In this document: positions 1-13,669 of the stretch, piece after piece | Layout of the letters: every line of letters begins with the position of its first letter | Numbering within the stretch: the first letter of the stretch is position 1 | Source: Camelus dromedarius | Lineage: Eukaryota | Reading direction: 5' to 3' | Assembly: GCF_036321535.1 (NCBI RefSeq) | Contig: NC_087438.1 | Coordinates: 8,620,001-8,684,000 of the forward strand | Length of the DNA stretch: 64,000 nt | The notes under the pieces: generated by a model | Told to the model about the DNA's origin: nothing | Database searches by the model: none | Seen by the model: the letters and a program-made list of their open reading frames with translations, nothing else | Translations under genes and position numbers: made by a program

Positions 1-425
1 TATATCTAGGAAAATAGTAGACATATTAAAATACAATATTAAAAATATTCAAGTAAGCAAAGCAAGATAGGCAAAGGGAAACAATGGAACCAAAAAAGAA
101 GAAACAAGTAGAAAAAGAAAAAAAAATGGTATATCTAAATTCAGCCATATTAATAATTATGTTAAATGTTAATGGTTCAAACACTCCATTTAAAAGGCAG
201 AGATTGACAGTGAGTAACAAGGAAGCTCCTACTGTCTGATGCCCACTAGAGGCTAAATACAAAGGCAGCAATATATTGAAAGTAAAGGATGAAAAAAAAA
301 CATCTACCACATAGTAGGAAGCAAAAGAATGCTAGAGTGTCTATATTTATATCAGATAAAATAAACTTTAAGGCAAAGAAGATTTACTGAGATAAAGAGA
401 AACATTCATAAAGATAAAAAAGATT
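1..425 (+). mobile_element. Old L1 fragment, ORF2 endonuclease N-terminus (degenerate)
   Basis: From 141 translates SAILIIMLNVNGSNTPFKRQRL, matching the L1 ORF2p APE start (I.TLNVNGLN.PIKR.RL). A-rich L1 composition; frame disrupted downstream. Confidence 0.85.
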
Positions 426-2822
426 AGGATTAAGTGAGTGATACGCCTTTCTTTTGTATGATTGGCAAAGAGGGAAATTTGGAAAAGGGAGTAGGAAAGA
501 AAGTTTTCCTTTATACAACAATCACACTGTGGGGTTATAAACATGGTTAAAGAACAGATAGAAATTGATTGACTTCCTTAAACTGAATGGTGCCCTAGGA
601 AAATCAGTGTGTACCACTAGAAGTAAAAGTACCTGGATGTAATCTTAGCACTATTGATTGTGCACGTGGTTATGGAATATTTCTAATACCCACATATAGC
701 TATGTAAAATACATAAAAATATGAAAATGTAATCATTGAAATGAATTTAGTAATAATAGAGATAACAATTAAACCAGCTTTACAGTGCCAACATACCCCT
801 ATGAAATTTGCCAAGTGTTCTTCACTGATAATATTCAGTGTTGGTTAGAATGGAGAAAGGCTAATAAAATGCACACTGCCGTAACGGTTTTAGTGGTTAT
901 TTTGCAATATGTGACAAGATTCTGAAAAACATTTCAGGCTTAGTCTGTGTCATGTGAAATGTTTTAGAATAACATATTTTCTTTTTATAAAGCAGAGTAC
1001 GGTAAACAGTGAAACCTCTCTGTGACTCCTGAGAGCAATCATTTAAATGTTAATGCAGTAAGATACCATGATAGTCTCAAGTGTCATTGTGCCTCCTGCC
1101 CCAGCTAAATGATCCTGAACAGTTAGCCATAACCAAGCAAGAACTTATCTATATAGGTTACTTGAGTTCATCTTTCATGCTACACACACACACACAGACA
1201 CACTCACGCAAGCATGCAAAATCAAGATACCTACCTCCTATTGCCACAGAGTCCCTACACTAGTAGAGATCAGGAGTCTTCCTTAAGACTTTTCTTTCTT
1301 TTACAGGACATAGAATAAAACATTGTGCAAAACCCTTCCAGACAAAAAAGAATGGAAAAGTACCTAGCAGGGTGATTTCACCGTGAAATGGATTTCTAGG
1401 GTTGTTCAGTGGGCAGATGTCAATCTGAAAAGCAATCTCTTAGTGATTTGCAAGTGACCTCGCCTTGTTTCGTAGTGTCAGCTGATAAATGTAAATGAAG
1501 GCACAGAAAGCATAGTATCAGGTTGGCCATGCAGAAAAGAAAGTCAAAGGATTGAAAGACAGCCTAAAGTTTCAGAACATATTTCAGGAGATGAACATAG
1601 CTGTCTGAAATTAACAAAATGAAACTCACTGCAGAGAAACATAAAGTCTTTTTCCCTTAGGTTAAAACAGTAGTATGAACAAATCCAGCTTGGGAGGTCA
1701 TAGATTCTGGACAGTCACCTCCAGTGCCGGACTTGCACTGGCTGCTCCCAGTTCTTGGAAACATGAGTGTTCACAGAACCAACTGACACCGACTCCATTT
1801 GATCTGTTCAGGGAAATCTCTTTCCAGTGGCTTCAAGGGATTGAATTTCCTAACTATTACAAACTGCTGCTAATTCCATTCAGAGGTGAGCGTCAATGAC
1901 GCCAGCTAACCCAATTCCCCACGTGCCCGGAAAGCAGTCTTCATCCTAGTATGGACGTGAAAATTGAGCACCGGTTACAGTCCACTGTACCTATCAGCCC
2001 TCTGACACCACCTGGATCCTAGGGTCACTTAGTTGTGACTGTCAGCATTGCCATCGCCAGCTGCCACATAAATTCAACCCCTCTTGTCACTTTGCTTCTC
2101 ATTAATTGTCACCTGCTCACAATTCTGTGTACTCCTTTGGAATGTTTGGCTTAACACAATTCATTAGTTTTAAATTTATTATTAAAATTCGGTAATTTGT
2201 ACCAATTTGTAAGAGACCTCTTTTCAGAATGACCTGTATCCATTAAGTTCAAGTGTCATAATTCTCAATCTTTCCATGTGATTTGACATTGTCTTTCATT
2301 AAGCATAAATCACTCTCACTTATTTGCATTAACTATCAATATACCAAAGTCTTAGGAAGAACTAAATTTCACCTTTAATAGATAAATTTACAGCAGCTGT
2401 TGCTCTAAATCAGGAATAATCAACCAAATTGTGCTTACTTACCTCAGTTTACTTTATTTAAAGCTAAAATCTGTTCTTGTTCCCAGCAAAATTCAACAAT
2501 AGGTAATCCATATGCCTTTTACTTAGAAACTTATTTTACACGTATTTCTTGATAAAAATTTTGTCAGAAGGTTGATTTTCCTAACTTGTTAAAAAGTTTT
2601 TCAGGCTAGACTTAACATTTTGAATCCATTGGCTTAATATACAATCTTCATTTTCCTTCCTCTATTTTTACTGTGTTCACCTCTGTGTTTCTAAATAAGT
2701 TTCTCCACTACTGATTCTGGCTCATCCAATTTAGCTACCATTTATTGACTGCTTGTAATGGTAGTTGAGGGTTTAGTTCTCTCTTACTCAGTCACCCCTT
2801 TAGCTTCACTCTCTGGGACCGA

Positions 2823-2960
2823 CCATTCATTCATTCATTCATCAGTTCATCAAATACTTACTAAATGCCAATTCAGTGACAGTCCACGTTCTGGGTACCA
2901 AGGAAACAACAATATTTCTTCTCTTGTAGGACTGCTATTTTGGGGTGGGAGAAAGACAGC
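2823..2960 (-). mobile_element. L2 3' end fragment
   Basis: (CATT)n followed by caaatacttactaaatgcc, the reverse complement of the typical L2 3' terminus. Confidence 0.6.
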
Positions 2961-3050
2961 AAACACAGAAATTTATTTTTCCATATTATTTCATCAGATT
3001 GTAAGTGGTCTTTCTCTGAGGAAAAATAGAGAACGAAATGGTGTTAGGGA

Positions 3051-3152
3051 TTTAAAGAGCACTGCTTTTTTTTTTTTTCCTCTTCCCTGGAGATTTATTT
3101 GTTTGTAACAACAGCAAAGGGGACTGTATCTGTCAATTATGCCACTGTTTCT

Positions 3153-3213
<61 letters not shown>

Positions 3214-3448
3214 TGAAGCATAGTCAGTTTACAATGTTGTGTCAATTTCTGGTGTACAGCACAATGCTTCAGTCATACATGAACATACATATATTTGTTT
3301 TCATATTCTTTTTCACCATAAGTTACCACAAGATATTGAATATAGTTCCCCGTGCTATACAGTATAAACTTCTTGTTTATCTATTTTATATATATATTAG
3401 TTAGTATCTGCAAATCTCAAACTCCCAATTTTAAATAGCACTACTTTT
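3051..3448 (-). mobile_element. 5'-truncated young L1 3' end with 3'-transduced sequence
   Basis: L1 3'UTR at 3209-3429 (tattgaagcatagtcagtttacaatgttgtgtcaatttctggtgtacagc), (TA)n at 3152-3208, about 73 nt of unique DNA, T13 at 3066-3078. 19-bp TSD at 3051-3069 and 3430-3448 (17/19 identical). Confidence 0.85.
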
Positions 3449-5182
3449 GATTTTCTAAGTAGATAGTTGCATTGCTAACAAATCATCACAATGTGGTGTC
3501 TTGCTTTTTGAAATTTTATGCATTTTTTCTTTATTTCATTACACTAAGTTTTAATCAGTCTAAATTTTTATGATGAAGTACGATGTTCCATATAAGATTT
3601 TCCTATCAAAATGGACAAGTTGGACTGAATGCATTGGACATTTTTATAATAATAAATAAAACAATAAACATTTACACAAAAATATTTTCCTATTAGATTC
3701 TGCATTATGGGGTCCACATTTTCTGAGTCTTTCCCCCATAATTTCTCTTAGTGTAGAATGCCTCTTCTCAACTCATTCTCTCTTTCATCCAGTTTCGTTG
3801 CCTGGACCAACACCTCTGATTCTTTAGGATCCAAGCCAAAGTTATATTTTATTTTTATTTTTTTCTTTCATCAATGTGTTTCTTGACTCTTTGGAAAAAA
3901 TCCTACATTTAACAAATCAGAAATTTTAATTAATTTTTCATATAATCATTTAGGATTTTTAGCAATATGCTCCACGTACTTATATTTGTGTCCATGACAT
4001 CTCAGCATGTCCCAGCAATCAATAAACAGCCTGCCTTTCCCTGTTGAGCGCAGGTAATGAGGAACTTGCACACAGCATTGAGTCTTGGCAGTGAGGGTTA
4101 CGATACTCAGGGCAATTATTTCACGTAGTTGCTGGATTTTCCACTTCAAAGTGAACAGGATTTTGAGATATGACCTTGGTTTGGGGGTCTTATTTGGTTT
4201 TTGTTTATTTGCATTTCTCTTTTGTATGTGAAAAAAAGAACTATGGATTTTCAGAGTTGAAAGAGGAAAAAAAAAGCCTGTGCATTCTCTGCTAACCACT
4301 AACTCTCTTACACTTTTTCTACAAAATTGTTTTAAAGAAACTTCGCTCTTCAAACCTTGGTCCTACCGGGTCCTGGTGAGTGACACAGAGGGGGGTGATA
4401 CTGCTTGGACAGCCCATAAGAGTGACTGCTTATGACTGACTTGTAGGGAAACTGGTTCCAGGGCTCGGCACTGGGAGGGGTTTTGTCTCAAGCAGACATT
4501 GAAGACCGTCACATCACTAACATGACCAGTGCCGGAGTAGACTCCCACTTTTTTGAAGACATTGGGGTCAGGCAACTCGTTGACAGCGCTTCTGTTTGCG
4601 AGCAAAGGGGAGTGTGTCTGTGACATCCAGACACGTAGCTGTGCCGATGTACGAGGATGCGCGTCTAACGTTATCCCTTATCTTGGTAAGAAATACGATC
4701 CAGAGGACTGACCTCACGTGCGGATGTGTTTTTAACACCAATTCTCTGTAATTTGGAGAATCACTTTTGCAGGTTTCACCAGTATGAAATCTGAGGCTCC
4801 TGCCTTGAAATGCTGTGTGCTGCTATAGTAAACAGCACATGGGTTACAGAGATGATTTAGGACAGAGTTGTGTTTCCCTTATATGATCCTGGGTGTTGGC
4901 TTTTCCTTTGAGCTAACAGATTTTTCCAATGAACTTGTGACAACCTGTAGATCAGTCTCCCCAAAATTAAGTTTACTGAATGTAAACTATACCTTAATAG
5001 AAAAAATACAGTCAAATATATCTGAGAAAATGTCAATATTAACAACATATTAATAAAACCATACATTATGTATTTAGAGATTTCCTCATATTTGTTGCCT
5101 TCCTCTCTATCCCTCTTGTGTGAAATACTTTCTTACTCTTCTAATGATCAGAGTCAGCGGCCTCTGCTAGGATGTGACTCCT

Positions 5183-5634
5183 TGTAGTGGGTGGTGAATA
5201 GTTTTCCCAGATTGTCATGTCCCCCTGGACGTTCAGAACGTGACTTTATTTGGAAACGGTGTCTTGGCAGAGGTAAACAATGCTCTTAAGATGAAGTCAG
5301 ATTGGGTTAGAGTGGCCACTAAACCCAATCCTGGGGTCTTTATAAGAGCAAAGGACACACAGACACAGACGCAAGGAATAAGACCTTGGGGAGACAGAGG
5401 AAGAGATTAGAGATGCAGCCACGATCTCAGGATGGCACGGAGGCACAGGAAGCTAGGAGCGGGCGAAGTGAGATTCTTCCCTGGAACCTTCTAAAGGAGC
5501 AGAGCCCTGCTGACACCTTGTTTTCAGACTTCTGGACTCCAGAACAGTGAGAGGATATGTTTCTGATGTGTTTAAGCCCCTGCCCCCACCCAATGTGTGG
5601 TCATCTGTCATGGCAAACCCAGGAGATGAATACA
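5183..5634 (+). mobile_element. MaLR LTR (MLT1-type)
   Basis: TG...CA ends; MLT1 motifs gtgactttatttggaaa, ccctgctgacaccttg, cagaacagtgagag and terminal ggagatgaataca. Confidence 0.85.
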
Positions 5635-6689
5635 TTTCTCTTTTCTTGCCCAAAGGACCTGGAGGACACGCTGTGACCTGGTGACCCATGCCTGTGTCCT
5701 TGGTGGAAGTGTCCCTTCTTTGAGGACCAGGACCTCTAAGGCCCCAGAGCCCAGCATCACAGGGACAGAAAGCACAAGTCCTAAAATGAGACTATCCTGT
5801 TTTTACCCCTTGATTCCTGACCCATATATTCTTCTTCTCAGAGACACAACAATATACAAAGGCCTCTGAATCAAGGTGCATGCTTTGTGCAGAGAGAGCA
5901 GCACCCGTTCTCCGGGCCTGTCACCCCTGAGCTGGCACCCCGGCTATGTCCCTAGCAGACCATTCCAGGACTATCTCTGACCAGCCACCTCCGGGTGGTG
6001 ATGAATGTGAGGAGACTAGTTGATCCCATGGAAATGGACCTCTTCCTACACCTCTTTCTGCTGTAAAGCGGACCCCTAGTGGGAAGCTACGTCGTGTGGG
6101 ATCGCAGGCTGCCATCACAGCACTAGCAATGCAGTGCGATCGAAGAAGTGAAGCATTTCTATGGAAATATTATTTTTAATTACTAATAATTTAAATGAAA
6201 CAATACTATTTTTATAAAACGTATGTGCTCACTAACATTGAACAGCAGGTACAAAGCGTGTATGTTATGACTTTAGCTGTCATTATGTTGCGTCTATGTT
6301 TACTCTCCCCCCTTAATAAGGGCCCAATATTAGAAATATCATCTTTATTGTCATGATCATTATTCAACACTTTTATCTGATTATGGTATGTGGGGGGTTC
6401 CCTAGTCTGTGCTTGTGACACGCAATTTGTTGTACCGCAAATCAGTCAACAGTTATTAAGTAACAATGGTATCGAGGGGGTGTCCTTCTAAAATATTCTA
6501 TCACTGAAGAATTTTAAAAGTTGAGTTAGTTATCTTTTTTCTGTTTAACAAATTGCCACAATGGTAATTCTTTATTGACCTGCTGGTTTCTGCAGGTGAG
6601 GAATTGAAGGGGACACGGTGAGGACAGCCATCCTGTGCTCCATGCACGGAGCCTCTGCTGGAAGGTGTGAAGGCCGTGAGCTCGGACCA

Positions 6690-7090
6690 TTTGAGTCCAG
6701 CCTGCCTGTGAATCTGGGTTTGATGCTGGCTGTTGGCTGAAACCCTAGCTGGCACCTTCAGTGGGGACACCTCCATGTGGTCTCCCCGGGTGGACTGAGC
6801 TTCCTCACAAGATAGCAGCTGCTTCCCTGTGAACGTGAGAGTGGGAACCCGAGCCAGTGAGCGGGGAAGAGTCAGAGAGCCAGGAAGGTCTGTGTTCTTT
6901 GAATGACCTTGCCACGGAAGGTTGATGGCATCACTTCAACTGACTCCATTGGTCAGTGTGAACCAGCATCGGTCCTCCCCTCCCCCCTTCCAGTTTCACT
7001 GTCTGTGGGAAGAGTGCCTGTCCCAGTTTAAGAAGAACTGTGGGATAGGATGAAGGATGTGTGTGGCCATTTTGGAAAATAAACTGTCAC
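6690..7090 (-). mobile_element. Older MLT1-type LTR fragment
   Basis: gatgctggctgttggctg...ctccatgtgg...gcttcctcacaagatagcagc resembles older MLT1 LTRs in reverse; boundaries approximate. Confidence 0.55.
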
Positions 7091-8492
7091 CAGGATGAAG
7101 GAACCCACATCAGTGTGCACTTGGTCTGCCTGATACTGTATGAGTATTTTACCCACATTTGTCATGGAATCCTGCCAGCCTCTCCATGAGACAAACACTA
7201 AGTCACTTTCCCCCCCTGTATTTAGGCAAAATCACATGTAAGGGTATAGTTGCATAAAAATATCTAATATCGCTGAATATTTTACCCTCTAAGTCTTTTA
7301 CCTAAGGCTGGTAATAAGGGGGCCGCTAAGAGCCTCATCCTACCCCAATCCCCGTTCACATCACAAGGAGGAAGACACAGTGCAAGTGTGTTCCTGACCA
7401 ACCGTTACTTTTCTGTGTGACAGTGCCAATTTTATTAACTTCAATATTTGTGTACATGTTAAGTGATTGTGTTCACGATTTTTGGGGGGTAAAGAATACA
7501 GGGGTTGAATTAAAAATCACATTTATTTCAGGGATGCTACTAGATGGAAGTCTTTTTAATCTGAGTCTGATTAAAATGTTTGTTGCCTGAAGGAAATTAG
7601 TTTTTTTCTTTCACACGATTATCCTAGAATGTCTCATCTTAAGAGGATATTATTAATCATTTGAGTAAACTCCCTCATCTCACATCTGAAGCCTGAAGAA
7701 GATAAGTTATTTGTCCAAGGTCACAAGTGTGAGGATGAAACATCAGACCCAAGGTTATGTTTTAATTATAACTTATTTTTAATTTAAAAATGTTCGATGA
7801 CTGGAAGTGTGCTTTAAAAATAGAATGTGGATATTGACATGCCTCCTATCACTTTCTGGATTCATCATTGAATGATGGAGGACACTTGTTGAATAACATT
7901 ATCCCACACCAGTAGAAATGATTATGCAAAATTTTAAAATGTGATAATGGCAGCAGGTTACTATGAAAATAGTATTTGCTTTAATACTATAAATTTCAGC
8001 CTGAAATTTGATGTATCAACATTGTACTTAAAACCAGGATGCCACTGGAAGTTCTGTATCTACCAAGTCATCCAATTTTGCTGGAAAAAGGGAAGTACAT
8101 ACGTACACAGATTCTAAATATTGGTGGCAGCTTTCCAGAGCTAGTTCTTCTTTTCATCTTTGATTATTAAGCCACAGTTGAATGGACATTTTCTGCATAT
8201 CAGACACGATTTATCTTTGCAAACATAATTTTTTTCCACAAGGCAAGGAAGCTTCTAGTGGTCATTTTTATTACCCATAGCAAAAAAAAAAGTAAAATAA
8301 CTACACATTGATTGAAGTTCTGAACAACAAGCAGTATAAAAACAGTCAAATATGTATACACTTCACACACAAGAAAAAAATATCAGACACCAGGGGATTT
8401 TATTGGGACACACAACTGCATGAAAGAACAGCCTTGCAAGACTGGCATGTTATTTAAAAAATTCAAAATTAATACTAGTGATGGAAATACTC

Positions 8493-9680
8493 TTTATTTG
8501 TCTTATTTATTTATTTTGTATAATTGACAAATAAAAATTCTGTATATTTAATGTGATGATTCAATATATGCACATGTTGTAAAATGATTACCACACTCAA
8601 GTTAATTAACATATCCATCACCTCACACAGGTACCTTTTTCTGTGTGTGGTGAACAGACTTGACGTCTACTGCCCCAGCACATTCCAAGTACACAATCCT
8701 ATAACATTAACTATATTCGCCATGTTGTACATTAGATCCACAGGACCTATTCATCTGACAAATGAAAATTCGTGCCCTTTAACCCATATTTCCCCATTTC
8801 CTCAATGCCTCAGCCCCTGCCAACCACTGTTCTACTCTGTGGTTCTGAGTTTGGTTTTCCTAGATTTCATGTATAAGTGATATTATTCAGTATTTGTCTT
8901 TCTGTGTCTGGCTGATTTCACTGAGCATAATGTTCTTCAGGCTCATCTGTGTTTTTCAAACATGACAGGATTTCCTTTTTGTGGCTGAATAATATTCCAC
9001 TGATTCCATTTTGTGTGTATGTATCACATTTTGTTTATCCATTCATCTGCTGATGGACACTTAGGTTGTTTCCATATCTTGGCTATAGTGAATAATGTTA
9101 CAATGAACATGGGAGTGCAAATACCTCTTTGAGATACTGATTTCATTTCCTTTGGATGTATACACAGCAGTGGGATTGCTACATCATATGGTAGATCTAT
9201 TTTCCATTTCTTGAGGAAACTTCATAATGCTTCCTATTCTTAGTTTTTTGAGGAATCTCTGTGTTGTGTTCCATGGTGACTGCACCAGTTTACATTCCTG
9301 CAACAGTGCATGACATTTCCCTTTTCTCTACACGCCTACCTCCACTTGTCATCCCTTATCTTTTTGGTAACAGACATCTTAACGGGTATGAAGTGACGTC
9401 TCAAGGTGTGTTTGATTTGCTTTTTCTTTATGGTTATTAATGCTGAGCACCTTTTCATCTGACTGTTTTTGGAAAATATCTATTCATGTCCTTTACTCAT
9501 TTTTCAATCAGGATACCTTTTCTTTTGGCCGTTGAGTTGTATGAGTTTCTTGTATATTCTGGCTATTAATCTCTTCTCAGATGTATGGCTTGCAAACATT
9601 TTTTTCCTATTTCATAGGTTGCCTTTTAATTCTGTTGATTGTTTCCTTTGCTGTGCAGAAATTTTAGTTTGATAATGTCC
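8493..9680 (-). mobile_element. L1 (L1MA-like) 3'UTR and ORF2 C-terminal region
   Basis: Hallmark antisense L1 text: aattgacaaataaaaattctgtatattt, ttaacatatccatcacctcac, ggctgaataatattcc, gatggacacttaggttgtttccatatcttggct. Confidence 0.92.
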
Positions 9681-10040
9681 CGGAACTCTCTCTCGTAAAC
9701 CTATTCAACCATATCTGATGTGGAACACAAAAGATGTAAAAGATTTTTTTCAATTCTATCTCATGATTTGTTAAAAATCAGTTTATATTATTTTAATTGA
9801 ACTATGAATAAAATCCTGGTTTTAAAAATTAGAATGGATTACCAGGGAATGCTGATATTGGCTTATGAATATTAATGTAGCAGCATAAACGGACGTCTCA
9901 GTTAGATAGCCAGCACATAGTTAGAAAGTGTAGAATGTGTCGTTAGCATAACTACAGTGTTTAGCCCTGATATTATATAACCAATAAAGTTGAAAACTCA
10001 CACTATGTTCATGTCTAATTACCTAGAACTTCCTGGGTTT

Positions 10041-10466
10041 TGTTGTGGACTGTGCCCCCCACCACTTCAATTCATATATTGAAGCCCTAAGCCCCTTGTG
10101 ATGTATTTGGATGGTAGAGTTTTAGGGAGGCTATGGTTAAATGAGGTCATAAGGGTGGGGCCTTGATCTGATGAGACTGGTGTAAATGGAGGAGATATCA
10201 GAGAGCTCTCTCTTTCTCTCTCTCTCTCTCCCCTTCTTGCTTCTCTTGTGTCTATGCACACCTGCATCTGAACCCAAAAAAGTCATGAGAACACATAGCA
10301 AGAAAGTGTCCATCTGTAAGCCAGGAAGAGAGTTCTCACTGGAAACCGACTCCTCTGAACCGTGACCTGGGACTTCCAGCCACCTGAACTGTGACAAAAT
10401 GAATTTCTGTTTTTTAAGGCACCCAGCGTGTGGTATTGTGTTATGTCAGCCCAAGGAAACTAACAC
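10041..10466 (+). mobile_element. MaLR LTR (MLT1A-like)
   Basis: attcatatattgaagccctaa, gttaaatgaggtcataagggtggggcc, gacttccagcc...aactgtga, terminal aactaacac. Confidence 0.85.
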
Positions 10467-11994
10467 GGCTCTCTCATCAGTCAGAATAAATGTGTTATCG
10501 CACCAATAATTTCTCAATTATGAGGGAAATATCAGTCTTCTTTAAGTACAATTTTTCATGCTTAGAGTTTATGAATCCCATTCATATATTATGTAACAAT
10601 AACTGGAAAATATGGGTGGTTGAAACAGGAAGATAAAAAGTCAATGGTGAACAGAAATAGGGTTTTGCAGCACAGTGTAGGAGAGAAGAAGTTTGGTTAA
10701 AATCGTCAGAGACTTGGAGTCGCATTTTCAACTAACAGGTAGTGAAGGGAGAGAAAAGAGGAGCTTATCGTTGAAAAACCTGCCTTTGATGCTGGAAATT
10801 CACATTGGATGGTGCTGTTATATAGTTTATTTTTTGATGTGCTATCTGATATAGTAAATTTACTGACTTATTAACTCATCCTACTAATTCCTCCTCTGTG
10901 ATCTAATCACCTTCCATTCTCCAACAGTTTTTAAATGGATTTTTTTTTCACGTAAAATTCTTTTCAGTTTTATGGTTCTAATATACATTGATAAAAGTAG
11001 TCGCAATAAAGTGCTTGGTGATGCAGTACCTTCCATAAGAGATTTGTGCAATCTTTACTACAGTGAACAGTAAATGATAAAAATTCACACTTACATAATG
11101 TCCACTGGATAACTACCAAGCCACAGGCTTTTTACTAAATAAGCTGCCAAGGTCAACAGGATACTTATGTTATAAACCCATATTTAAAGTTCTTTTGTTA
11201 GTATAAAGATAATAGTTTTTAAATATTGTAATGCTAGGGTTTTGGGTTTGTTTTTTTTTTTTTTTTGGCAAAAATGTGTCTGATTCCAGCTTATCTTTTA
11301 CATCTCACTAGGAAATATTCACCAGAGAGTCATTTTCCTTTATTCGAACTTCCTGTGCTGATTGAAGCCCTGGCTCTTTTGAAATCCTCAGTGTAGAGCT
11401 TCGCTTTTTCCTGTTTAAACCAAGAAGTTTGTGTGAACTGCAAAGGCCTGACTGATGTATCAGCAGTAAGAATTATCGGGACAGAAAGTTCCTAAGAACA
11501 TGTGCCATTTAGGTGCATCTGTGTTGTCTTAGGCAATTTTTTGAGAGTTCTTGATTTTACATTAAAAAAAAAAAAAAAAAGCACAGAGGCCAGGGAGGGA
11601 AGGAACTGTCTTAAAGACAAGGAGGTAGTTAGTGGGACAACTCTGAGGTCCTGGACTCAAGTGAATTGCCTTTCTGCCCTCCATCTTATGAAAGCCCACA
11701 GTCTAGATAGGAAACGCTGTGGAGAAGAGCACAGAGGTCAAGCCACCAGCTGTTTTGTCTCCTAAAAGGAGAAACATTATTGAAGTATAGAAAATTAATG
11801 TGACATTAAATTTTATATTATATATGTACTATAATGTGTATTGTAAATTACATAGAATATACAATTGATGTATTATATATTCTCTAAATCTAATAAATTT
11901 AACTGCATATAAATATATTTATATATTATGTCTAAACGTTCTATTATATAATTATAATTTTTATCTTATTTGTATATTGTGAGGAACTCAAGCA

Positions 11995-12199
11995 GAATAA
12001 AGACTTTTTTAATTGAAGTATAGTCGATTTACAACATTGTGTTAATTTCTAGTGTACAGCATAGTGATTCATTTGTACATATATATATATAGCTGTTCAT
12101 ATTATTTTTCCTTATAGGTTATTACAAGGTATTGAATATAGTTCCTTGTGCTGAACAGTAGAACCTTGTTGTTGAATCTATTTTATGGAATAAAGACTT
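11995..12199 (-). mobile_element. Short 5'-truncated L1 3' end with perfect TSD
   Basis: aattgaagtatagtcgatttacaacattgtg L1 3' end, flanked by the 12-bp direct repeat GAATAAAGACTT at 11995-12006 and 12188-12199. Confidence 0.9.
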
Positions 12200-12539
12200 C
12201 TTGTGTGGCATGCACCATGATACAGAGAACCAATATACATTGATCATGCAAGACATTACCTCTTCCTGGCTATAGCGATCAGCATGTAATTAAACCAAAT
12301 GAGACTGCTAAATCAAAGAGTTTTTATTTTTTTAAATGGCAAGTTTTTCACTTTCCTGAAAAGTTAACAATATTAAAAAAAATTATCATTCATTTTTTAT
12401 ATCTTAAATTCCTCAAAAAAAAATGGTGATGAAATGAGAGACACCTGCAGTTAGCTATACAGAAGCACAAAATGTAAAAATGGAGAAGGCTGTGACTCGA
12501 GTTCCACAGCAATGACACTAAACATGATGCCATATACTT

Positions 12540-12692
12540 AAGTGGATTCTAGAGCCAGACCATGTAGGTGCAAATCTTGACCTCATTGGTTACTAGTAGC
12601 ATGAACTTGGATATAGTTAAGCTCTCTTTGTCTCAGAAAAGGAGGATTATAATTTTACCTGTCTCTCAGGGTTTTGTGAAGATGAATCAGTT
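12540..12692 (+). mobile_element. MIR fragment
   Basis: ctagagccagac...gtgcaaatcttgac...ttactag...gaacttgg...gggttttgtgaagat MIR core-like pattern. Confidence 0.6.
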
Positions 12693-12693
12693 T

Positions 12694-12732
12694 ACACACA
12701 CACAGACACACACACACACAGACACACACACA

Positions 12733-12781
<49 letters not shown>
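12694..12781. repeat. (CA)n microsatellite, interrupted
   Basis: Direct read: about 44 CA units with a few GA interruptions. Confidence 0.97.
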
Positions 12782-12784
<3 letters not shown>

Positions 12785-12799
12785 ATAGTGCTGTGGCAA

Positions 12800-13648
12800 T
12801 CCTGAAACCATTGCTCTCACTGCCCCAACAAGAAACACCACAGACTGGGTGACTTAAACAACAGAAATTTATTTCTCACAGTTTTGATACCTGGAATTCC
12901 ACCATCAAGGTGAGGTGGGAAGCCCAGGCAGGGCCACTACTTTCCTGCCAGCACCATCCAGTTCCCTGGCCCAGTGGCATTATCTCACTTTTTAAACTCT
13001 GGAACTGCTTACTTCTAGGAAAGCAAAACTTACCCCTAAGATTCTATTGGTTCCCTGAGCTAACTCTTCATTGGTCCATTTATAATGCTTCATTTGCATG
13101 GAGCTCACTCCTGATTGGTCCATTTCTACAAAGCTTATTCCTAATTAGTCACCTTTGTTATACCTTATTTGCAAATGATGTTGCAAAATGTTGCAAAGTC
13201 TAGACTGGTAGCCTATAAAAGCCTGTGTAAACCTACAGACGGGGTCCAGAGCTTGGAATGTTAACTCCTCTGGGCCTGCTGATGTAATAAACCTGAGTTC
13301 TCCAACCCTCCAAGTGCTGCTAGGTCTCTCGCCCGAATCCAGGTTGCTGTAACACTGAGCTATAACACTGAGCTGTAACACACTTGGCTGCAACAAAAGT
13401 GTCCTCAACTTTGGTTTCTCCCACCTTCTTGCTGAGTCCTCACATGACTTTTCCTCTGGGCACGTGCATCCATGGTGTGTCTTCTTTTTATAAAGACACT
13501 GGTTGCATGGGAAGAGGGCTCTATCCTAATGGCCTCACCCTGACTCAGTCACCCCTTTAATGGCCCTATCTCCAAATATTACATTCTAAGGTCCTGGGGG
13601 TTGCGACTTCAACAGGAATTGAGGGTAGACACAATTCAGCCCATAACC
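12800..13648 (-). mobile_element. MLT1 LTR split by a nested ERV1 LTR
   Basis: cagactgggtgacttaaacaacagaaatttatttctcacagtt...catcaagg on the left resumes after 13399 (tgtcc...tataaagacac...caattcagcccataac). Confidence 0.8.
12911..13395 (+). mobile_element. ERV1-type solo LTR (485 bp)
   Basis: TG...CA termini, near-perfect 4-bp TSD (aagg/aaag), three ATTGG boxes, TATAAAA at 13214, AATAAA at 13286, and 13-bp tandem repeats in U5. Confidence 0.85.
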
Positions 13649-13669
13649 AGCCTCTGGAACCTTCTACCT

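Noticed and set aside
4363..4626. 87-aa minus ORF in a CpG-containing patch
   Set aside because: No recognisable homology or convincing splice context.
13346..13381. Short direct repeats suggestive of a CRISPR-like array
   Set aside because: Three adjacent 13-mers with no spacers, inside an LTR U5 in mammalian DNA.
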